Positions 36,674 to 44,626 of a stretch of DNA of 64,000 bases are shown here, in pieces. The position numbers and the translations under genes were made by a program. Every line of letters starts with the position of its first letter. Position 1 is the first letter of the stretch. The notes below the pieces were generated by a model. That model did no database searches, was not told the origin of the DNA, and saw nothing but the letters and a program-made list of their open reading frames with translations. This stretch comes from Phycisphaerae bacterium (GTDB lineage: Bacteria; Planctomycetota; Phycisphaerae; UBA1845): assembly GCA_029260025.1 (NCBI GenBank), contig JAJDDZ010000192.1, positions 1,495-65,494 on the forward strand. Direction: 5' to 3'.

Positions 36674-36720
36674 AACTTCCCTAGGGAGTCGAATGGGTCT
36701 TCTGAAAGGGTCAAGGTCTA

Positions 36721-37308
36721 ATGGGCGACGTAGCCACCCACAGGCGTGATGAACTTCTCGCCGCAGCGGAAGAGCTTTTTGCGAGGCGAGGGTTTCAGGC
36801 GACCAGCGTCCGCGAAATCGCCGACGCCATGAACATCCAGGCGGGAAGCCTCTACGCCCACATTGAAACTAAAGAGGACCTCCTCTGGGAGATTCTGACC
36901 GCCGCCGCCGACCGTTTCTTTGACGCGATCAACCCCGTCGTCGGGTCCGACCTGGTCACGATAGAAAAACTCCGCCGCGCTATCGCTGCACACGTTGGCG
37001 TCATCACCAACAGCGTCAAATCCGCCGCCGTATACTCCACAGAATGGCGACACCTGACCGAACCCCACCGAAGCGAGTTCGCAGCCAGGCGTGATGAATA
37101 CGAAAAACTATTTCGATCAATGGTCCGCGAGGCAATCCGCGAAGGCGCCCTCGGGGACGTCGACGAAAAATTCGCAACGCTGCTTATTCTCTCGTCGATC
37201 AACTGGATTTATCAGTGGTACAGTCCAGAAGGCCCCATGACGCCTGAGGACATCGCCCGGCGCATTACCGACCTTCTTCTCAACGGCCTCCGCCGCGCAG
37301 GAACGTAA
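36721..37308 (+). CDS. TetR/AcrR family transcriptional regulator (PaaR-like by context)
   Basis: HTH segment RRDELLAAAEELFARRGFQATSVREIADAMNIQAGSLYAHIETKEDLL. Located directly upstream of paaABCD. Confidence 0.85.
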   Translation: MGDVATHRRDELLAAAEELFARRGFQATSVREIADAMNIQAGSLYAHIETKEDLLWEILTAAADRFFDAINPVVGSDLVTIEKLRRAIAAHVGVITNSVKSAAVYSTEWRHLTEPHRSEFAARRDEYEKLFRSMVREAIREGALGDVDEKFATLLILSSINWIYQWYSPEGPMTPEDIARRITDLLLNGLRRAGT

Positions 37309-37362
37309 ACGGTCAGAAATCTAATCGCATAACGGCAAAAGAGAGCAGGGAGAAATCGCATC

Positions 37363-38352
37363 GTGGTAGCAGCTAACGAAAACACAGTCGGCCTATCGCA
37401 GGCAGAGTACGACCACAAGCTAGGCGTGTTCGAAGCTCGCATCAATCGCGGCGAAAAAATCGAACCCGCAGACTGGATGCCAGACGACTATCGAAACCAA
37501 CTCATCCGCCTGATCCACGTCCACGCCAACAGCGAGATTTGTGGAGCCCTACCAGAGGGCAAGTGGATCCCCCACGCACCGACCTTCAAGCGAAAACTCG
37601 CCCTCTTGGCAAAAGTCCAAGACGAGGTAGGTCACGCGCAGCTACTCTACAGAGCAGCGGAGACGCTAGGCCCATCGCGCGAGCAAATGCTCGAAGACCT
37701 CATCTCAGGCAAGAGCAAGTTTTCGAACGTCTTTCACTACCCCGCCGAAACCTGGGCAGACGTCGCAACGATCGCATGGCTCATCGACGGCGCAGCGATC
37801 GTGAATCAAGTCATGATGGCCGAGGGGTCATATGGCCCCTACGCACGAGCCCTCAAGCGAATCTGCTACGAAGAGGCATTTCATCTCAAGCACGGTTACG
37901 AAATGTGCGTCGTGCTCGCAACCGGTACCAAGGTTCAAAGAGCCATGCTTCAAGATGCGATGAACCGCTGGTGGGAACCGATCATGATGTTCCACGGACC
38001 ATCGGACAAGGTTTCCAAGCACACGAGTCTCCTGGTCCGCTGGAGGATCAAACTAAAAACCAACGACGAGCAGCGTCAGCAGTTCCTTCGCCAGTTCGTC
38101 CCCAAGATGATCGACCTGGGCATCGAGGTTCCCGACAAGAGTCTCCGCCTCGACAAGAAGACCGAGACTTGGATGTACGACGACCCAGATTGGAGCGTCT
38201 TCAAAAAGGTCGTCAACAACGGAGGCCCCGTCTCCGGCGAACGCGTCGAAGCAAGACGCCTCGCTCACGAAGACGGACGCTGGGTCCGCGAAGCACTCGA
38301 AGCAGCCGCAAAAAACAGACCAATTCCAATGCCGCCGGCGAGTATACGCTAA
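37363..38352 (+). CDS. paaA: 1,2-phenylacetyl-CoA epoxidase subunit A
   Basis: Diiron ferritin-like motifs (HANSEICGA..., [19 protein letters not shown]). GTG start with GGGAGA 9 nt upstream. Confidence 0.88.
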   Translation: MVAANENTVGLSQAEYDHKLGVFEARINRGEKIEPADWMPDDYRNQLIRLIHVHANSEICGALPEGKWIPHAPTFKRKLALLAKVQDEVGHAQLLYRAAETLGPSREQMLEDLISGKSKFSNVFHYPAETWADVATIAWLIDGAAIVNQVMMAEGSYGPYARALKRICYEEAFHLKHGYEMCVVLATGTKVQRAMLQDAMNRWWEPIMMFHGPSDKVSKHTSLLVRWRIKLKTNDEQRQQFLRQFVPKMIDLGIEVPDKSLRLDKKTETWMYDDPDWSVFKKVVNNGGPVSGERVEARRLAHEDGRWVREALEAAAKNRPIPMPPASIR

Positions 38353-38394
38353 AACCGACAGCCGAGCTGTCGGCCTAAGACGAGGTAAATCAAC

Positions 38395-38709
38395 ATGACT
38401 GACACACAAGGCGACGTCTACGAAGTCTTTCACCAGCAATCGCGAGGTGATCCCCACATCTACGTTGGATCCGTTCACGCACCCGACCCAGAAATGGCAC
38501 TACTCATGGCCAAGGAGCAATACGCACGCCGACAAGCCTGCGTGAACCTCTGGGTCGTCCCCGCATCAGCCATTCTCGCAACCGAGTACGCCGACGAAGA
38601 CATTTTCGATCGAGCAACCGACAAGAGCTACCGCGAATCATGGGGCTACAAAACCCCAAAGACCGTTCGTGCCACCGAAGACGGAGAATCCACCAATGAC
38701 GAAGATTGA
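38395..38709 (+). CDS. paaB: 1,2-phenylacetyl-CoA epoxidase subunit B
   Basis: 104 aa. YEVFHQQSRGDPHIYVGSVHAPDPEMALLMAKEQYARR is typical of PaaB. Confidence 0.88.
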   Translation: MTDTQGDVYEVFHQQSRGDPHIYVGSVHAPDPEMALLMAKEQYARRQACVNLWVVPASAILATEYADEDIFDRATDKSYRESWGYKTPKTVRATEDGESTNDED

Positions 38710-39481
38710 AACATGCCAAGCACTGTCTGGCGTGACCAAAGAGGGCGTCATTGATCTGTTGTATCGCATGGCCGACGACGAGTTGATGATCGGTCATCGC
38801 AATTCCGAATGGACCGGGCACGCCCCAATCTTAGAGGAAGACATCGCGTTTTCATCCATGGCCCAGGACGAAATCGGTCACGCCCAAGCTTATTTTCAGA
38901 TGCTGCATGAACTCGGCGAAGCAGACGCAGACACTCTAGCGTTCGGGCGAAAACCTCGCGAGTATCGCTGCGCCGCACTCGTTTCGCTACAAAAAGACGA
39001 CTGGGCATTCACCATCGTTCGCCAGTTCCTGTACGACGCATCAGAACAGGTCCGCCTAACCGCTCTGGCAAATTGTAACTTCAAGCCGCTAGCCCAACTC
39101 GCTACAAAACTGCGCAGCGAAGAGAAATACCACATGATGCACGGTAGAGTCTGGATGCTTAGACTCGGAAAATCAACCGATGAGAGTCACGCCTTGATGC
39201 AGGCAGCCCTCGACAAGGCGTACCCCTACGCGCTTGGTCTTTTCGAACCCACCGAGCACTGTCAGCCGCTCAGCCAAGCGGGCATTTGCCCCCCCGAAGA
39301 CGACCTAAAAAGTCAGTGGGAGTCGGCCGTCGCACCAGTGCTCGCAGACGCAGGCCTAACGATTCCCGAGTCGTGCAAACCGGTTTACGGTGGTCGCGTC
39401 GGAAAACATCCGCCGGAGTTGACCCAATTACTCGACGGGTTACAACTCGTTTATAACATAGACCCCGCAGCCAAGTGGTAG
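38696..39481 (+). CDS. paaC: 1,2-phenylacetyl-CoA epoxidase subunit C
   Basis: LYRMADDELMIGHRNSEWTGHAPILEEDIAFSSMAQDEIGHAQAYF. The ATG at 38696 overlaps the paaB end by 14 nt. Confidence 0.85.
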   Translation: MTKIETCQALSGVTKEGVIDLLYRMADDELMIGHRNSEWTGHAPILEEDIAFSSMAQDEIGHAQAYFQMLHELGEADADTLAFGRKPREYRCAALVSLQKDDWAFTIVRQFLYDASEQVRLTALANCNFKPLAQLATKLRSEEKYHMMHGRVWMLRLGKSTDESHALMQAALDKAYPYALGLFEPTEHCQPLSQAGICPPEDDLKSQWESAVAPVLADAGLTIPESCKPVYGGRVGKHPPELTQLLDGLQLVYNIDPAAKW

Positions 39482-39484
39482 AAA

Positions 39485-40021
39485 ATGGCTCACGAAACGA
39501 CAGACAATTCTGACTGTCCGGTTGCTTCGACAAGCGAGTTGCGCCCACCACAAATTCAAGTCGCGTGGACCGCGCTCACCACCGTCGCCGACCCCGAAAT
39601 CCCGACCGTAAGTATTGTCGAGCTGGGAATGATCGCTCATGTCCGCGAGGTGGATGAGTCCATTGTTGTCGATCTGACGCCAACATTCGCTGGTTGTCCA
39701 GCCCTCGCCCTAATCCAAGAAGAGATCAAGGCGGCCCTCGCAGCCAACAATATGCCAAACGCGACGGTCAATATCGTCTACGATCCACCGTGGACCACCG
39801 ATCGCATAACCGAAGAGGGTCGCAAAAAACTCAAGGAGTTCGGCCTAGCGCCTCCGGGCGATCGCTGCGAAGGCGGAATGCCAAACCTCGACCAAACCCC
39901 TTGCCCATTATGCGACTCAGCGAACACCGAACTAGAATCGATCTTTGGCCCAACCCTGTGCAGGTCGATCCACTACTGCCACAACTGCTTCCAGTCCTTC
40001 GAGCATTTCAAAGCAGTCTAA
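39485..40021 (+). CDS. paaD: phenylacetate-CoA oxygenase subunit PaaD (PaaJ)
   Basis: MIP18/SUF-like VADPEIPTVSIVELGMI and C-terminal Cys motif CPLCDS...CRSIHYCHNCFQSFEHFK. Confidence 0.85.
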   Translation: MAHETTDNSDCPVASTSELRPPQIQVAWTALTTVADPEIPTVSIVELGMIAHVREVDESIVVDLTPTFAGCPALALIQEEIKAALAANNMPNATVNIVYDPPWTTDRITEEGRKKLKEFGLAPPGDRCEGGMPNLDQTPCPLCDSANTELESIFGPTLCRSIHYCHNCFQSFEHFKAV

Positions 40022-40254
40022 CCCACCTCCCAAGACGCGCCTCTGCGTCCCTCACACTCTCCAGATTTATTCGTCCGAGGTGACACCCGTACGTCACCAC
40101 CGAGCTTGCCGGGCGAACAAGATTCCGGTGAGCTACAGCATTTGGCTCGCCGAAGTCCCGAAATGCTCGAAGGGGTCGTCTCGAGACGATGCGTCGCCGC
40201 TGACTTCCGTAGATGTTGACGCTGGCGGTGGTATGCCATGACCTCCGCCGCATG

Positions 40255-40290
40255 GAAAAGCCCACGAGTGTAACACTCGTGGGCTTTTTC
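40255..40290. terminator. bidirectional intrinsic terminator between convergent paaD and the secretin-like gene
   Basis: aaaagcccacgagtg-taa-cactcgtgggctttt forms a perfect 15-bp stem with a 3-nt loop, flanked by an A-run and a T-run. Confidence 0.8.
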
Positions 40291-40314
40291 TATGCTCAAA
40301 CTAAAACCCGGCTA

Positions 40315-41307
40315 CTATTTCGACGTCACCCGAATCGCAAGCGCGATCACATCGCCGCTCGCCGTCGAGCTAGGGGCCGCCGCGAGGATCGCATAGTCGC
40401 CCACCGGAGTCGCGACAGACGTACTGACTTGGAACCCAGTCTGCCCATCCTTTTCTCTCTGGTTGTGGTAAAGTCCTTGGACGTTCGCCTCAATAGCGAT
40501 CTCGGCAGTCCCCCCATCTTCGCTGAGTTTCGCACTTCCCGTGACGCGGAAGTCCATCTGTCCCCGACTTTCGACAGTTTCTTGATGGCGATCACCAAAA
40601 GTCGCACCCGTTTCAAAGTGCTCCCCCTCTTGAGAATGAACCATCATCGGAGAAAGCAATTCCAGACTCGTCAGTCCGCTAGCCTCCAATGCCGTTCCAA
40701 CCGAAGAAAGGATCTTAGGTAACTTCGAATCAGTCTTTCCGTTCGGCCCTTCCAGCGTCGCGCGAATGAAGAAACATTCTAACAGGATCGGTCGCGACGG
40801 CTTGGCAAGTTGATCGAGCACGCCCTTGATCTCATCGATCTCGCCCTGCGGTGCTCTGACCAACAGCGTTTGCGAACCTTCGTCGTAAGCGATTTGCGTC
40901 TGCCCTCCGCGCGTTGTCGAAACACTGAACATATTGAGCAAGTTCTTCGAGCTCGTAGGACCAATCGGTGCGGACAAAACCGCCGTGGTCACCTTCATCC
41001 TGTCCGTATCAGCCACGTCGAGGACACTAACGATAGTTGCCAAGATGTGTTCCACCAGCTCCGCGCGCCCACGAAGCATGATCTGGTGCTCGCCGACAGC
41101 AATGGCCTTAATGGGAAGTCCAAGTTCCCGCATCGAGTCCACGAGTTGGTAGGCAGAGATGAACGAAAGATTCACGATGCGCACCGGATCCATCTGGATC
41201 ACCGAAGCCGGATTTTGCTTTCCCTTAGCTTCCTGCGCAATCGCAAGGCTCGTCGTAGACGCGGACAACACCGCAGCAAACAACCAACACAAATTCTTCA
41301 TCTTCAT
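40315..41307 (-). CDS. secreted protein with two secretin-N-like (T2SS/T3SS short) domains and a short secretin-like C-terminal region
   Basis: Start at ATG 41307 (GGGAGA SD) gives the signal peptide MKMKNLCWLFAAVLSASTTSLAIAQ. The repeats VRIVNLSFISAYQLVDSMRELGLPIKAIAVGEHQIMLRGRAELVEHILATIVSVLD and ...QIAYDEGSQTLLVRAPQGEIDEIKGVLDQLA follow the secretin N1-domain pattern. At about 330 aa it is too short for a full secretin. Confidence 0.55.
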   Translation of the reverse strand: MKMKNLCWLFAAVLSASTTSLAIAQEAKGKQNPASVIQMDPVRIVNLSFISAYQLVDSMRELGLPIKAIAVGEHQIMLRGRAELVEHILATIVSVLDVADTDRMKVTTAVLSAPIGPTSSKNLLNMFSVSTTRGGQTQIAYDEGSQTLLVRAPQGEIDEIKGVLDQLAKPSRPILLECFFIRATLEGPNGKTDSKLPKILSSVGTALEASGLTSLELLSPMMVHSQEGEHFETGATFGDRHQETVESRGQMDFRVTGSAKLSEDGGTAEIAIEANVQGLYHNQREKDGQTGFQVSTSVATPVGDYAILAAAPSSTASGDVIALAIRVTSK

Positions 41308-41353
41308 CAGTTTCTCCCTTGTCTTGGAGTGAAAAGTTTCAAAGTCGATCCCC

Positions 41354-41923
41354 CTACGGGGTTCTTCCATCAGCTGTTCCGCCACGACGGTCATTCGTTG
41401 CGACCATCGGATACAACCAATACAACTGCACGTTGGCGACAGGCGTCGGACGCCTCAGAGCGAGGTACTCGCCAGCAGATTTCCCTCGCAATGAAAGCCC
41501 AACGCGATCGTTCCCACCAGATCGGGGTCCAGTAGGCGACTCGATCACCGTCCCGTCCGCAGTGTACTTACCTCTTCTTTCTGCGCCTTGTTGTGGCATG
41601 AGAATCGTGACCCACCAAGCACCTCCCGCAACAAGAGCGATCATGGCTGCCATCCCAAGGAGTCGCCAAGATTTCTGTGAAACCAATCGCATCGGCGTTA
41701 CCGCGTCGTAGGCAGGAACCGCCTCCGCTCCAAGCTCATCAAGAGCACAAACAATCAGAAGCATCTCCGCGTCATAATCGCGGCAAGATTCACACAACGC
41801 GATATGCGCATCAAGTTCGAAGTGGGCGGCGGGTTCGGCGTTGTGGTCTGAATTCGCGTCGCCGCTATCATCGAATCGTGCATGCCACAGTGTTCTTGCT
41901 TCTTCGCAGTTCATTGTTCTCAT
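41354..41923 (-). CDS. anti-sigma factor (zf-HC2 type), single-pass membrane
   Basis: MNCEEARTLWHARFDD...HIALCESCRDYDAEM gives the H-x3-C-x2-C motif, and there is a TM WRLLGMAAMIALVAGGAWWV. The start overlaps the sigma gene stop. Confidence 0.75.
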   Translation of the reverse strand: MRTMNCEEARTLWHARFDDSGDANSDHNAEPAAHFELDAHIALCESCRDYDAEMLLIVCALDELGAEAVPAYDAVTPMRLVSQKSWRLLGMAAMIALVAGGAWWVTILMPQQGAERRGKYTADGTVIESPTGPRSGGNDRVGLSLRGKSAGEYLALRRPTPVANVQLYWLYPMVATNDRRGGTADGRTP

Positions 41924-42552
41924 CCAGAAAATACCGAGCGAAAGGCCTCGGGATGATCCTGCTTAATCAAATCGCGAAGTGCCTCGCGAGCGTCCTTCGC
42001 ATGAACCCGCGCCGTACTTGGCGAGATTAAGAGAATCTCAGCCACCTCCGCGTACTCCATCCCTTCGAGATCCTTGAGGATCAATACTTGTTGCTGTCGC
42101 GGCGATAGTTTTGGAATCGCACGATGCACCAATTCTCTCACATCCGCCCGCTGCAACGAGCCCGCCGGATCGCGCGTGTCGTACACTTGCCTTGGGCTGA
42201 TCGAGTACGCTTCTTGATGCCTCGCTCGGCGCTGCTGCTGCCTTCCGTGTTCGTAGCATTCTCGAACCACGATTCTGCATAACCAGGACCATCGTTTCCC
42301 GCCATCGCGCAGTTGGTCGTCTTTCGTGTGCGCCGCCAGAAGCGCCTCCTGCACAGCGTCCTCAGCTTCATTGCGATTCCACATCACCCGGTGTGCAAGG
42401 CGCACTAGTCGTTCGCGTTCAACGGTCGTGATATCCGAAACCCGAGCACTTTCCCCCAAGACATCCCGCCTCGCAGGACGATCCCCTGTCGCGGTTGGGT
42501 CACGGTCCGGGTTGGTCTCGGGGCTAGGCACTTTCCTAAAGGTTTCCTGCAC
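41920..42552 (-). CDS. ECF-type RNA polymerase sigma factor
   Basis: Region 2 (EAEDAVQEALLAAH...WSWLCRIVVRECYEH) and region 4 (LSPRQQQVLILKDLEGMEYAEVAEILLISPSTARVHAKDAREALRDL). Confidence 0.88.
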   Translation of the reverse strand: MQETFRKVPSPETNPDRDPTATGDRPARRDVLGESARVSDITTVERERLVRLAHRVMWNRNEAEDAVQEALLAAHTKDDQLRDGGKRWSWLCRIVVRECYEHGRQQQRRARHQEAYSISPRQVYDTRDPAGSLQRADVRELVHRAIPKLSPRQQQVLILKDLEGMEYAEVAEILLISPSTARVHAKDAREALRDLIKQDHPEAFRSVFSG

Positions 42553-42855
42553 CGGTTTTAACCCGCCTCCATCATTCCGCCGCTCTCATCAGCCGGGCCG
42601 TCGGTAGTTATGATGATCGAGAGGTTCGGTTCGTTTAGATCGATTCTCAGAAATCCTAGGGCAATAAAGGATGTCATCCTCGCCTCGATTCCCCGCTTCT
42701 AGCGACTTGTACGCGAAAAAACCCGTCCCGTTGCATCTCGAGCCCTGTTAGGCGCCTCACATTCCAATGATGCATACCGCAACGCCACACCGCGAGAAAA
42801 TCCTCTTCAACACTGAACCCCCGCCCACCCCAATCGACCATATCATAGGAATCCC

Positions 42856-43428
42856 ATGCAAAGGACGCACGATGACATCCAAAGCGAGCTCCTCGTGCTC
42901 AAAGCTCAAGAGGGCGACAGCGACGCACTTGAATCCCTCGTCGCGCACTGGCACCCACGGTTCGCAAGACTTGCATGGCGCCTAACGAACCAACAAGAAG
43001 CGGCAAGCGACGTCGCTCAAGAGGCGTGGATCGCGATTGTTCGCGGACTAACGAAACTAGACGACCCAGCTCGCTTTAGAGCATGGGCCTATCGAATCGT
43101 CACCAACAAGTGCTCAGACTGGACGCGCAAGAGAATCGTAGGCCGAAAGGTCCAAAGAAAGCTAGAAACAGAATCCAACCTAACGGGCATGGAGTCAAAA
43201 GAAGGCTCCCAAGAAATAACAGAAACCGTCGACCAGGTGAAATGCTTAAGAGAAACGCTGGCCACCCTACCAGATGATCAGCGTGCCATCCTCTCGCTTC
43301 ACTATCTCGAAGACATGGGAATTAGGGAGATCGCCAGCGTATTGGGCGTCCCAAAGGGAACAATCAAGTCGCGACTCTTCTACGCACGCGACCGCCTGAA
43401 ACAGGCACTAGAAAGGATAGGATCATGA
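42856..43428 (+). CDS. ECF-type RNA polymerase sigma factor
   Basis: LVLKAQEGDSDALESLVAHWHPRFARLAWRLTNQQEAASDVAQEAWIAIVRGL, FRAWAYRIVTNKCSDWTRK, and region 4 LPDDQRAILSLHYLEDMGIREIASVLGVPKGTIKSRLFYARDRLKQAL. Confidence 0.9.
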   Translation: MQRTHDDIQSELLVLKAQEGDSDALESLVAHWHPRFARLAWRLTNQQEAASDVAQEAWIAIVRGLTKLDDPARFRAWAYRIVTNKCSDWTRKRIVGRKVQRKLETESNLTGMESKEGSQEITETVDQVKCLRETLATLPDDQRAILSLHYLEDMGIREIASVLGVPKGTIKSRLFYARDRLKQALERIGS

Positions 43429-43802
43429 AAGAGCTAGACAAGAGAATCAGAGAAGCCCTCAAAGGCGAAGACGCCGAATGGATGAAACAGCTCGATGCCG
43501 AACCGTCAATGTTTGAGTTGGTACTGGAGACATTCCAAGGCAGATCACGATGGATCGCGTTCTTGTTCATCTTCTGGTCGTTCATATTCTTGGGCCTTTC
43601 CATCTTCGCGATCGTTCGCTTTCTTGATTCGACCGATACGCATGACATGATTCTGTGGGCTGGCGCAGGGATCCTCTTCCTATCTGGCGTGTCCATGATG
43701 AAGCTTTGGTACTGGATGGAGATGAACAAAAACAGCATCACGCGCGAAATCAAGCGACTCGAATTGCAAGTCGCGCGCCTAGCAAACAGGATCAAAGAGT
43801 AA
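43425..43802 (+). CDS. two-TM membrane protein coupled to the ECF sigma (possible anti-sigma partner)
   Basis: ATGA overlap with the sigma gene. It has an N-terminal amphipathic region, two TMs (WIAFLFIFWSFIFLGLSIFAIV, ILWAGAGILFLSGVSMM) and a C-terminal coiled segment. Confidence 0.55.
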   Translation: MKELDKRIREALKGEDAEWMKQLDAEPSMFELVLETFQGRSRWIAFLFIFWSFIFLGLSIFAIVRFLDSTDTHDMILWAGAGILFLSGVSMMKLWYWMEMNKNSITREIKRLELQVARLANRIKE

Positions 43803-43907
43803 AAAGAATCCGCCCTGAGATGCGCCGGGAAGGCGGAAATTCAAGAGGGGAGGGGTAAAAGGTGCGCAAGCAAGACCCGAAAGCACATAGAACGCGGCGG
43901 GAGAGCG

Positions 43908-44207
43908 TTACTCCGCCGCTTCTTCGCTTTTAGCAGCAGCCGCAGCTTCCTTCTCCGCTGCCGCCTTGGCAGCGGCGTCGGCAGCTTCTTTTTCCTTCGC
44001 GGCCACTTCTTTCGCCGCCGTGGCAGCAGCGTCAGCAGCCGCAGCCTCCGAAGCTATCTTCTTCTTGTTTCGCTTCTGGTACCCGTGTTCTTTGGTACTC
44101 GCCGCAGCCTTCTCCCAAAGAGTGTAGGCTTCAGCTTTGTCACCGCGCTTGTAAGCGATGGCTGCATTGATTTTCTGGCGACGAAATGCTTTGGTTGGTC
44201 TGGGCAT
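43908..44207 (-). CDS. small basic protein with Ala/Lys/Glu-rich low-complexity tail, hypothetical
   Basis: 99 aa. MPRPTKAFRRQKINAAIAYKRGDKAEAYTLWEKAAASTKEHGYQKRNKKK is followed by (A/E/K)n. Confidence 0.45.
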   Translation of the reverse strand: MPRPTKAFRRQKINAAIAYKRGDKAEAYTLWEKAAASTKEHGYQKRNKKKIASEAAAADAAATAAKEVAAKEKEAADAAAKAAAEKEAAAAAKSEEAAE

Positions 44208-44626
44208 TCTACTTCTCTGTTTCTCAACGATCTCAACCGAGCCACGGAAAACGCCGGACCCTTCACGCTAATACAACGTCAGGTCACTATTCTCAGCGAC
44301 CCAAGCCGGGCATTGTACCGATTTCACAGAAATCCGCCAACCACCTCAAAGAACAAAAAAAACGCCCGAATTCCACCCACCAGCACAGATTTCCACAAAG
44401 TGGAACCCGCCCACACGACCGAGCAGGATCCTTGGCAATGGCGCTGACGATAGGCTTCGATACCTCCGGGATGACCCGTTCGAGCCGTTCAGGCTCTCCA
44501 TCTCAGATGAGGATCACTACGACCTGAGGCAATAGCTTCCAGCCGGTCAAGGCGCTCGAACGAGGTCGCCGACAGACTTCTTCAAGGGGCTGCCAGCACC
44601 ACCCGCTCGAGAGTCCACAAAAACCA

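Noticed and set aside
37539-38378. 279-aa plus-strand ORF overlapping paaA in another frame
   Set aside because: paaA in its own frame carries the diiron motifs. The overlapping frame gives Arg/Pro/Ser-rich sequence.
40810-41535. 241-aa plus-strand ORF opposite the secretin-like and anti-sigma genes
   Set aside because: It is antisense to two genes with coherent signal, TM and domain features, and has artefact-like Arg/His-rich composition.
44208-44626. Possible tRNA-Sec (selC) or other tRNA next to selA, including a hairpin with loop CUCAGAU around 44497-44515
   Set aside because: No acceptor stem/3' end pairing, no T-arm with GTTCRANYC, and no UCA anticodon in a 7-nt loop could be assembled on either strand. 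The local hairpin alone is insufficient.
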